A stretch of 64,000 nucleotides of DNA. Source: Gaiellales bacterium. GTDB taxonomy: Bacteria; Actinomycetota; Thermoleophilia; Gaiellales; F1-60-MAGs149. The DNA lies in contig JBCKBR010000002.1 of the NCBI GenBank assembly GCA_038911065.1, positions 14,957 through 78,956 of the forward strand, read 5' to 3'. The position numbers and the translations under genes are program-made. The notes beneath the pieces were generated by a model. The model saw only the letters and a list, made by a program, of their open reading frames with translations. It had not been told where the DNA came from and made no database searches. Of the stretch, positions 18,479 to 27,300 are shown piece by piece; the stretch's first letter is position 1, and every line of letters starts with the position of its first letter.

Positions 18479-19837
18479 TCAGGAAGGCTCGGTATCCGGC
18501 GGTGTCTCTGGATCCACAATCGTGTAGTCGCCGAGGTCGCCGCGTAGGTTCTCGTTCACGCTGGGATTCTTGCGTTTAATTGGTGGCGGCACTAGGCCAT
18601 TCCTGAACATCAGGGGGACGCCCCAACTAGCCGCCAGCACAGCAGCGCCGGACTCGGTCAGCCGCTCATCATTCTCAACCGCTAGTTCGTAGCCCATACC
18701 TCGTATCGACCGCTTCCAAGAGTCGGCCCCCGGGGTCAACTCGTCAGCCTCAAAGCCGTAGGCGCGATACAGGACGTAGTAGTTTGGCTTGGTTCCCATC
18801 ACAACGTAATCCATGCGGCTCCTTTCTCGTGCGCTTTGATCGAGTTTGGCGGCCTGCTCGTACCACGTGCGTGCAGCATCCAGATCACCCATCTCTTCGG
18901 CGAGCGCTCCAAGATTGAACATGGCATTCGAATCATCGGGGTTGGCGGCCTGCTCGTACCAGGCGCGTGCAGCATCCAGATCACCCGCCTCATAGGTGAG
19001 CCGACCAAGATTGGACATCGCCCACAGATAATCGAGTTTGGCGGCCTGCTCGTACCAGGCGCGTGCAGCATCCAAGTTGCCAGCCTCTTCGGCGAGCAAA
19101 CCAAGATTAGTCATCGCCTCCGGATTACTGAGTTTGACGGCCTTCTCCCACCAGGCGCGTGCAGCTTCCAAGTCACCCGCATCTTTGGCGAGTCCACCAA
19201 GACCGAGCATCGCGTCCTGATTACCGAGTGTGGCGGCCTGCTCGAGCCAGGCGCGTGCAGCGTCCAGGCCACTCGTATCTTGGGTGAGCGCTCCAAGCTT
19301 GAACGTGGCATCCGGTTGATCGAGGTTGGCGGCCTGCTCGTACCAGGCGCGTGCAGCATCCAGATCACCCGCCTCTTGGGCGAGCACTCCAAGTTTAGTC
19401 ATCGCATCCGGTTGATCGAGGTTGGCGGCCTTCTCGTACCAGTCGCGTGCAGCATCCAGGTCACCCGCCTGTTGGGCGAGGAAACCAAGAACGGTCATCG
19501 CATCCGGATTACCGAGTTTGGCGGCCTTCTCCCACCACGCGCGTGCACCATCCAGATCACCCGCCTCTTGGGCGAACGCTCCAAGATTGAACATGGCATC
19601 CGGATCATCGAGTTTGGCGGCCTGCTCGTAGCAGGTGTGTGCAGCATCCCGATCAGCCCACTCTCTGTCCTGCTTGTCTTGGGCAGCATCGTAGGCAGCC
19701 TCGTAGATCTTGGCGGCGGCGTCATGCGCGGCGAGGCGCGCAACCTCGTCTCCTTTGTGCTGGATGTTGACGGCGAGGACTGTCGAGAGATAGACGCGCA
19801 TCGCGGCGGCCTTTGTGGCGTTCATGGTGACTTTCAT
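18479..19837 (-). CDS. Sel1-repeat protein D with foreign N- and C-terminal domains
   Basis: About 60 unrelated aa, about 8.5 repeats, then a 111-aa domain that has its own GAAAGGAG + ATG (18814). Confidence 0.85.
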   Translation of the reverse strand: MKVTMNATKAAAMRVYLSTVLAVNIQHKGDEVARLAAHDAAAKIYEAAYDAAQDKQDREWADRDAAHTCYEQAAKLDDPDAMFNLGAFAQEAGDLDGARAWWEKAAKLGNPDAMTVLGFLAQQAGDLDAARDWYEKAANLDQPDAMTKLGVLAQEAGDLDAARAWYEQAANLDQPDATFKLGALTQDTSGLDAARAWLEQAATLGNQDAMLGLGGLAKDAGDLEAARAWWEKAVKLSNPEAMTNLGLLAEEAGNLDAARAWYEQAAKLDYLWAMSNLGRLTYEAGDLDAARAWYEQAANPDDSNAMFNLGALAEEMGDLDAARTWYEQAAKLDQSARERSRMDYVVMGTKPNYYVLYRAYGFEADELTPGADSWKRSIRGMGYELAVENDERLTESGAAVLAASWGVPLMFRNGLVPPPIKRKNPSVNENLRGDLGDYTIVDPETPPDTEPS

Positions 19838-20001
19838 GGTGGCTGGCTCCTTTCGTGGTGGGCGGCCGGCTCGTACCTGACGCGCACAACATCCAGATCC
19901 CCCGCCTCATAGGCGATCTCACCAAGATTGATCATCGCATCCGGATCATCAGACGCGACAGCATCATCCGAACTCTGCTGCGGCTTCTCGAAAAGCCCCA
20001 T
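19834..20001 (-). pseudogene. N-cap + single repeat stub (55 aa)
   Basis: MGLFEKPQQSSDDAVASDDPDAMINLGEIAYEAGDLDVVRVRYEPAAHHERSQPP*. Its TGA overlaps the ATG of gene D. Confidence 0.75.
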
Positions 20002-20112
20002 TGCGCCGCCTCCGACCTAGGGTTCCACTCGTAGTCGCGCACGCCGTGCAGCCGCTTACACGCAATGGCGAGTGTAGAGCAGGGCGGACATCACATCCGC
20101 GCGGTGGTGGCG
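20002..20112 (-). repeat. shared 5' block + degenerate palindrome (20083-20112)
   Basis: CCTAGGGTTCCACTCGTAGTCGCGCACGCCGTGCAGCCGCTTACAC...GTAGAGCAGGGCGGACATCACATCCGCGCGGTGGTGGCG. Confidence 0.85.
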
Positions 20113-20191
20113 ATCGTCGCCGCAACGGCTACCCGCACGCGCAGGTCGCAGTACCTGACCTGGGAGGACGTACCGCTCCCTGGGTCGCCCA

Positions 20192-20243
20192 CAGCCTACG
20201 CCTAGTCGGTTGGGATGCCCGCATCCGACTCGTCTAGTCCTAC
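20192..20243 (-). repeat. copy of the 3' end of the pentapeptide gene C (15553-15604)
   Basis: 49/52 nt identical. Encodes VGLDESDAGIPTD*, with an ADLTNAN relic just upstream. Confidence 0.85.
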
Positions 20244-20276
20244 TGCTCTCGTCGGTTCGCATTCGTCAGATCCGCA

Positions 20277-21152
20277 CTAGTTGCTCGACGCATCCAACTC
20301 GGCGAGCCACTTCGCCGCATCCTCATCACCGAGTTTGGCGGCCTTCTCGAACCACGCGCGTGCCGCATCTAGGTCACCCGCCTCTTCGGCGAGCGCTCCA
20401 AGCCCATACATCGCAACCGGATCACCGAGTTTGGCGGCCTGCTCGAGCCAGACGCGTGTCGCATCCAGATCCCCCGCCTCTTCGGCGAGCACTCCAAGGT
20501 GGATCATCGCCTTGGGATCATCGAGTGTGGCGGCCTGCTCGTACCAAGCGCGTGCAGCATCCTCATCACTCGCCTCATAGGCGAGCAAACCAAGACTAGT
20601 CATCGCCTCCGGAACACCGAGTTTGGCAGCCTGTTCCCACCACGCGCGTGCAACATCTAGGTCACCCGCCTCTTCGGCGAGCGCTCCAAGATTGAATATC
20701 GCATCCGGTTGATCGAGGTTGGCGGCCTTCTCGTACCAGACGCGCCCCGCATCCAGATCACCCGCCTCATAGGCGAGCACTCCAAGACTAGTCATCGCAT
20801 CCGGATCACCGAGTTTGGCGGCCTTCTCCCACCAGGCGTGAGCAGCATCCAGATCCCCCGCCTTTTCGGCGAGCACACCAAGACGGAACATGGCATCCGG
20901 ATGATCGAGTGTGGCGGCCTGCTCGTAGCAGGTGCGTGCAGCATCCAGGTCACCCGCCTCTTCGGCGAGAAAACCAAGATAGAGCATCGCATCCGGATCA
21001 CCGAGTTTGGCGGCCTTCTCCCACCAGACGCGTGCAGCATCCGTATCACCCGCCTCATAGGCGAGCTCACCAAGATCGGTCATCGCTTCCGGATCAGCAG
21101 TGGCAACAACATCATCCGAACTCTGCTGCTGCTGCTTCTTGAAGAGCCCCAT
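20277..21152 (-). CDS. Sel1-repeat protein E (N-cap + 8 repeats + C-cap)
   Basis: MGLFKKQQQQSSDD at 21152 with GGAGG RBS, ending LAELDASSN. Confidence 0.92.
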   Translation of the reverse strand: MGLFKKQQQQSSDDVVATADPEAMTDLGELAYEAGDTDAARVWWEKAAKLGDPDAMLYLGFLAEEAGDLDAARTCYEQAATLDHPDAMFRLGVLAEKAGDLDAAHAWWEKAAKLGDPDAMTSLGVLAYEAGDLDAGRVWYEKAANLDQPDAIFNLGALAEEAGDLDVARAWWEQAAKLGVPEAMTSLGLLAYEASDEDAARAWYEQAATLDDPKAMIHLGVLAEEAGDLDATRVWLEQAAKLGDPVAMYGLGALAEEAGDLDAARAWFEKAAKLGDEDAAKWLAELDASSN

Positions 21153-21295
21153 CACGCGCCTCCTAGGTGGGTTCACCCTAGAGTCGATCCACACGGCATT
21201 TGGCTTACGCAGTGTATTGAATCGGACGCACGTGTGGAGGGGTATTGTCGGGTGATTGACCACACGGGGAGCTTGGTGCGTGCGCCAGAATCACT

Positions 21296-21847
21296 TCACT
21301 CACCAGTGGTCTTGCGCCGCTGCCAGGCCTCGATCGCAACGCGCTCAATCGCCTCCGTCGATAGTTCCCTCGTGACGCGCTCGGCGGCCTCGCTCTTTGG
21401 CATTGCCGACGTCTCATCGAGCCCGAGCGCCTGCAAGAGCTCTAGGCGACGCAACCCATAGACGATCCGCGCAGAGTGGGCCTTTGCCCGTGGCCGCGGC
21501 TTGCGCGTGCCGAACTTCTTCGACCGTGTCCGCAAGAAGAACCCGTTCTCCTGCTCCTCACAGACCCAGATCCCGCAGCGATCGCCGACGGTCGCGCGCA
21601 CGCCCTCGACGTGCCGCGGCTCCGTCACGACGAGTACCTGGCGGAAGCGGTGGTCGTAGAGCGCGTACTGCTTGGCGAGGCGCTTCAGTGTGTCCTTATC
21701 CGACTTGATCTCGATTCCAGTCAGCACACCGTCGATCATCGCGACCATGTCCACGCGGCAGTTCTTGACGTTGATCTCATCGACCCATGGGATGCCGGCC
21801 TTGTCGAACTCGGCGTGGAGGCGGTCGCGGATGTCAGCGTCGTTCAC
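21296..21847 (-). CDS. sce7726/MmcB-like PD-(D/E)xK nuclease-fold protein
   Basis: VDEI...RVDMVAM...GIEIKSDKDTLKRLAKQ...Y. GTGA overlap with the upstream ORF. Confidence 0.8.
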   Translation of the reverse strand: MNDADIRDRLHAEFDKAGIPWVDEINVKNCRVDMVAMIDGVLTGIEIKSDKDTLKRLAKQYALYDHRFRQVLVVTEPRHVEGVRATVGDRCGIWVCEEQENGFFLRTRSKKFGTRKPRPRAKAHSARIVYGLRRLELLQALGLDETSAMPKSEAAERVTRELSTEAIERVAIEAWQRRKTTGE

Positions 21848-22047
21848 GCGAGGTCCCACCCGTCGTCATCATCAATCGGCGTGTTCCGCGTGCTCCCGTC
21901 GAAGAGGCCTTCGGAGCGCCAGCGGTGTCGCTCTGGGCCGCAGCACTCGTAGTCGCACATGCTCCGAATGGTGTCGCTGCCGAAGCTAATGAAGGCGACG
22001 ATCACACCTTCGGTGCCACACGTTGGGCAGATGCGCTCGTCGCTCAT
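21844..22047 (-). CDS. small Cys-rich (zinc-finger-like) protein
   Basis: MSDERICPTCGTE...CDYECCGPERHRW, with strong RBS AAGGAGGAG. Confidence 0.6.
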   Translation of the reverse strand: MSDERICPTCGTEGVIVAFISFGSDTIRSMCDYECCGPERHRWRSEGLFDGSTRNTPIDDDDGWDLA

Positions 22048-22075
22048 GTCGGCTCCTCCTTTTCCTTCATCCAGA

Positions 22076-24031
22076 TCATCCGCACTCGTTGCTCGACGCA
22101 TCCAACTCGGCGAGGTTGCTCGCCGCATCCTCATCACCGAGTGTGGCGGCCTGCTCCCACCACGCGCGTGCAGCATCCAGGTCACCCGCCTGTTGGGCGA
22201 GCACTCCAAGATTGTTCATCGCTTCCGGTTGATCGAGTGTGGCGGCCTGCTCGTACCAGGCGCGTGCAGCATCCAGGTCACCCGCCTGTTGGGCGAGCAA
22301 ACCAAGACTATTCATCGCATCCGGTTGATCGAGTGCTGCGGCCTGCTCTAACCAGGCGCGTGCACCATCCAGGTCACCCGCATCTTCGGCGAGCACACCA
22401 AGAAGGATCATCGCACCCGGATCACCGAGGTTGGCGGCCTGCTCCCCCCACGCGCGTGCAGCATCCAGGTCACCCGCCTTTTCGGCGAGCACACCAAGAA
22501 GGACCATGGCACCCGGATGATCGAGTGTGGCGGCCTGCTCGTACCAGGCGCGTGCAGCATCCATGTCACCCGCCTCTTTGGCGAGCCCACCAAGATTGAA
22601 CATCGCATCCGGATGATCGAGTGTGGCGGCCTGCTCGTACCAGGCGCGTTCAGCATCCAGGTCACCCGCCTCATAGGCGAGCCGCCCAAGATTAGTCATC
22701 GCATCCGGATCATCGAGTGTGGCGGCCTTCTCCCACCACGCGCGTGCAGCATCCAGGTCACCCGCCTCATAGGCGAGAACGCCGAGATTGTACATCGCCT
22801 GCGTTTGATCGAGTGTGGCGGCCTTCTCCCACCACGCGCGTGCAGCATCCAGGTCACCCGCCTCTTTGGCGAGCGCACCAAGACGATTCATCGCATCCGG
22901 ATCATCGAGTGTGGCGGCCTGCTCTAACCAGGCGCGTGCACCATTCAGATCACCCTCCTCATGGGCGAGCACTCCAAGATTGAACATGGCATCCGGTTGA
23001 TCGAGTTTGGCGGCCTGCTCGTACCAGGCGCGCGCCGCATCCAAGTCACCCGCCTCTTTGGCGAGCACACCAAGAAGGGCCATCGCAGTCGGATCATCGT
23101 GTTTGGCGGCCTGCTCCCACCAGGCGCGTGCAGCATCCCGATCACCCGCCTGTTCGGCGAGCCCACCAAGTTTGGTCATCGCCCCCGCGCAACCATCATC
23201 GGCGCCCTGACGAAGCCACGAGCACGCTGCCTCAACGTCACCCTCATCTAGGGCGCTTTCCACGAGCGCCCACATCGCATCGCTACTTCCACGCTCGGCG
23301 TTGCACTCCAACATATTCTGCCACGCACCCTCATCGCCACTCAAGATGGCTTCCATGTCGATACCAGACATCCCCATCGGAGGGGGCCATCTTCCAGCCT
23401 TTTCCAACCACGCCCGGTACGCCTTCTTGTCGCCGGCGTCGTAGGCGAGATCTGCGAGATTTTCCATCGCGTCATAGGCGCCGTCATACGCGTCGCTCGT
23501 GTCTGCGGCCTTCTGCCACCACGAGCGGGCTCCATCCATGTCCCCCGCCTCCTTGGCGAGGTCTCCGAGGTGGAGCATTCCCGTCGCGGCACCGAGGTCT
23601 GCAAGTTGTCCCCACCATGAGCGCGCCGCATCCACGTCGCCCAGCTTGTCGGCAAGATAGCCGAGCTTATACAGCCCAGTCGTATCGCCGTGCTCTAGAG
23701 CCTTCAGGTACCACTCGCGTGCCTTATCAAAATCGGCTTCTTCACTCTCGAACCGTACGCCGAGACCAACCATCGCGCCTGCGTGGCCGAGCGCTGCCGC
23801 CTTCCCAAACCACTCACGTGCCGCAGCAGTATCGTTCACATAGAGCGCGAAATCTCCAAGGTGGTCCATCGCGTCTGCGCTGCCAAGGTCTGCGGCCTGC
23901 TGATACCAGTTTCGCGCCGCATCCTTATCACCCGCCTCATAGGCGAGCCCACCAAGTTTGATCATCGCTTCCGGATCATCAGGCGCAACATCATCATCCG
24001 AACTCTGCTGCTTCTTGAAAAGCCCCATCAC
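22076..24031 (-). CDS. Sel1-repeat protein F (N-cap + ~18 repeats + C-cap)
   Basis: Repeats 2-7 are diverged, repeats 8-18 are of the homogeneous 96-bp type. Ends LAELDASSNECG. Confidence 0.92.
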   Translation of the reverse strand: MMGLFKKQQSSDDDVAPDDPEAMIKLGGLAYEAGDKDAARNWYQQAADLGSADAMDHLGDFALYVNDTAAAREWFGKAAALGHAGAMVGLGVRFESEEADFDKAREWYLKALEHGDTTGLYKLGYLADKLGDVDAARSWWGQLADLGAATGMLHLGDLAKEAGDMDGARSWWQKAADTSDAYDGAYDAMENLADLAYDAGDKKAYRAWLEKAGRWPPPMGMSGIDMEAILSGDEGAWQNMLECNAERGSSDAMWALVESALDEGDVEAACSWLRQGADDGCAGAMTKLGGLAEQAGDRDAARAWWEQAAKHDDPTAMALLGVLAKEAGDLDAARAWYEQAAKLDQPDAMFNLGVLAHEEGDLNGARAWLEQAATLDDPDAMNRLGALAKEAGDLDAARAWWEKAATLDQTQAMYNLGVLAYEAGDLDAARAWWEKAATLDDPDAMTNLGRLAYEAGDLDAERAWYEQAATLDHPDAMFNLGGLAKEAGDMDAARAWYEQAATLDHPGAMVLLGVLAEKAGDLDAARAWGEQAANLGDPGAMILLGVLAEDAGDLDGARAWLEQAAALDQPDAMNSLGLLAQQAGDLDAARAWYEQAATLDQPEAMNNLGVLAQQAGDLDAARAWWEQAATLGDEDAASNLAELDASSNECG

Positions 24032-24136
24032 GCCCCCGCCTACTTAGTGTCCCACTAGTAGTCGCGCACGGCGGGCAGCACCTTACACAAAATGCCGAGT
24101 GTAGAGCAGGGCGGACATCAGATCCGCGTGGTTGTG
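24032..24136 (-). repeat. shared 5' block + partial palindrome (24110-24136)
   Basis: CTTAGTGTCCCACTAGTAGTCGCGCACGG...CTTACACAAAATGCCGAGTGTAGAGCAGGGCGGACATCAGATCCGCGTGGTTGTG. Confidence 0.85.
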
Positions 24137-24333
24137 CATAGCGTTGAAAACAGCCGCATCTGCTCCACAGTCGTGGCTCTTGTTTGCAACAATGCGCGGT
24201 CCGCAACGACAACCGCCACACACTGCGCTTGGCACTCAGCTAGGGCGAAGTGAAACGCGGCGCGGTGCTTGAGGCGATATCGCGCCGCCTGTGAAGAGCT
24301 GATGGTCGAAGACCTCGCAGCTCGCGACGAGCG

Positions 24334-27300
24334 CTAAGCGTCTCGGCGAATTGCCTCGACGATCTTGCGTACGACTTCATCGTCATCCGCGGCGAGCGAT
24401 TTAAGGAGATCGGGCGAGAGCAGCTTGCCGGCCGTGCGAACGAGCTCGCGACGTGCTGTGAAGATGCGGCTTGAGGCCAGTGCTTGTTGCGCGTCGGCGT
24501 GAAGCAGTGGGGCCTTCTTCGCAAGCGCCCGAGGGACGTCTACTGAACGGTGTTCGGCGAGCGCGACTTGTTGAGCGGGGGTAAGCGACTTGAGAAGTGC
24601 ATCGTCGGCGATGATCGCTAGTAGGTCGCCTTGGTCCTGTGCAGCAATACGGGCGTCAACGTCTCCTGTTCCGGATTGTGCGGCATTCGCTTTGCGGGGT
24701 CTCTTCGCTGCTGCAGAGGGCGTTCGCTTGGTGGGGGCCGGCTTCGCGGTGCTCCACGAATTGACGATCTTGGACACGCCTTCGTCATCGTCATCCTCGA
24801 GGATCGTGCGCGCTTCGTCGCAGAGTGCAGCTGGTCCGATGCTGGCTAGCGCACGGCGGGCGACGAATAGTTTCGACTTCGCGATCGCGACTTGCGTCTC
24901 TGGAGCAAGCGTTGCGGCCTTGGTGGCAAGTGCCCGCGCGGACTTGGGGTCGGCCCGACGTACGAGATCAGCCTGTTGCTGAGGTGTTGCAGCGAGAAGA
25001 AGGTCGTTGTTTGCAATCACCGCCTGAATGGTGGCTGCATCGGTTGCTGCCATCGCATCCGCGAATGCATCGTCTGACATCGACGCACGCGTGGCATGAC
25101 TAATGGCAATGGAGCTCGCTCGTGGCTCGCGGTTCTGCTCTCGTAGGATGGCCTTGACCTTCCGACTCGTGCTGGCCTCAAGCATACGGATAATCTCGTC
25201 GGGGAGAACATCACGGTTGCGTGCGAGTGCCTCCTCGACAGCCCATTTGTCGCCCTGACGCGCAGACGTGACCGAGTCCCATCCTCGGGAGGCGATCTGT
25301 CCCGTGTTCCATCCGAGGAGGCTGCGGATGCTCGCGGGCGACGTCAGCCGAAGTGCCTCGGGGTTAGTTGCGATGGCGATGACGAGTTCGGTCATGCCAT
25401 CGAACTCCTTCGAAAGCTTGTAGCGGGAACTAGTGGCCGTCGGCTCTAAGACGCGTGTGGTGAGAACATGCTCGACAAGGTCGGGCCATGCAACGCGGTC
25501 GCTCACGTACCTGATGACCGCATTCAGGGTCATGGCATCGACTTGTTCTCTTGATACGCCACTAGCGTGTTTGTTGGTGTCGGCCCCCGTTGTCGTCAAT
25601 ATGGCTTCGCGCCCTTGAATAGCCGCGGCGACGCGTGGGTTTGAGTGGGCACGAAGCTTCTTCCGATCCATCTCGCTCAGAGCGTCATAGCGTTGTTCGA
25701 CGAGAAGTGTCGCGGATTCCGGAAGCAGTCCCCGTATGAATATGCGCTTTGCGTGTGGGGTCATCGCCGGAAACGAGGACAGCATGAGCTTCTGAATCCG
25801 AACCAGTTCCCTCCGCCGAGCAGAACGTTCGTCCGCCAGATCGTCGCCCCAGGAATGTCCCTTCGTGGTGACCCACGTCGAAACTTCGGTCACCAGGTTC
25901 TGGAGTTGGTTTGGGAGATATCCAGCGCTTTGCAGAACGAGATCGAGCGAGCGATCCTTCCCACGGTGGCGGGCCTGAATTTCCTCGCGGAATTGATCGC
26001 TGCTGAGAGCGGCAATCTCAGTGAGTTCCGCGGGAAGTGCCTGTGGATCGCCAGGACGAGAGTTGGTTGGTCTCTCATCGGCGCTCTTGTCAACGTTTGC
26101 GGCAGCGCGCGCTGCTTCCGCTTGATGCTTGTCGGCAAGTTGGCGCACTGCCTTTGGAAGGTCTCGTCGGGCCGCTACGGCCGTCCTGATTCGTAACTCC
26201 GGATCTGTGGCGAGAGCCTTGATGAGCGAATTGAATCCCGAGCCCGTGATGTTTTTGAGATCTGGGCGAGTTGCGACGGTGTGCCTGACGCGCGGATCGG
26301 CATCCTCGGCGAGCTGTGTCATGACGCGCTTGGCATGCTTGTTGTCGGACGGAATGAGTAGCGCGGCTAGGAGTTTGCTGGCAGGTTTGAAGCGTTCGAT
26401 ACGCGCCGTCACTCCGCCTGCTGGGAGTTTTGATGCGTTGGAGCTCAGCACGGTGAGGGCAACGACATCGTCCTCGTCTCCGAGCAATTCGTCTGCGATC
26501 GCTTTGGTGATATCACCGCGCTCGGCAATAGCTTCGCGTACATACGGATCCGAGTGTCGAGCGAGGTGCGAGATCGCAAAGCGCGGGAGGTCTGATCGCT
26601 CGGCCAGCAGAATGTGTGTGGCATTTGATAGATCGAGGAGCGAGCGAACCGCATCGTCGTCGATGTCGAGTCGTTCGATGAGAGCGCGTCGCGCCCATGC
26701 GAGTGCTGTCTCGCGATCAGCGACTTCTGGGTCCTGGTTCGCCGCCACAGAACTTTCGGTGATGCGTAACAGTTCGACGGCGGTCGGAACAGGCTGGGAG
26801 CGAATAGCGGAGAGCAGCACGACGATGCTTGGATCGTGCGCTGCTTGGAGTACCAGCGTATTCGGAGCGTCAGGTCGTCGAACAATGCGGCTCCGGACGA
26901 TGGCATCACGGTGCGACGCTAGGCGCTTGAGATAACTCGTGTCGAGCTCGTCGTGCGCTGCTCGCCATCGTTCGCGGTACGGAGCGCGCGTACGGTCACG
27001 GGTCATTCCCTCGATGCTGTATGCGGTGTCATCCTGAATGCGCCGATCAGGTGCGAGTTCTGCGAACTCGGATGGGCATGCCCGCGACACGGCGGCAGCT
27101 GTGCGTGGTGATCGGTCGCGAGCAAGCGCGGCGAGTACTGGACGATCGGCATCCCAGGCGTGCTTGACCGCGAAGGCGAAGCGGACATCAGGGCTCTTGT
27201 GCGTTGCGAGCGACTCGTGCGCGGCAGTGGGAAGTTCCTCACGAGCACAGATCGCTATCGCTACATCCGGCTTTGCGAATCGGGCGAGCGCTTCAATCGC

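Noticed and set aside
4248-24031. 96-bp repeats as a CRISPR array
   Set aside because: Units are contiguous, in frame and protein-coding, with no unique spacers and no cas genes.
4248-24031. Diversity-generating retroelement behind the repeat variation
   Set aside because: No reverse transcriptase in the window, and variable codons change at C, G and T positions too (GTG/TGG/TTG/GCG), so the variation is not adenine-specific.
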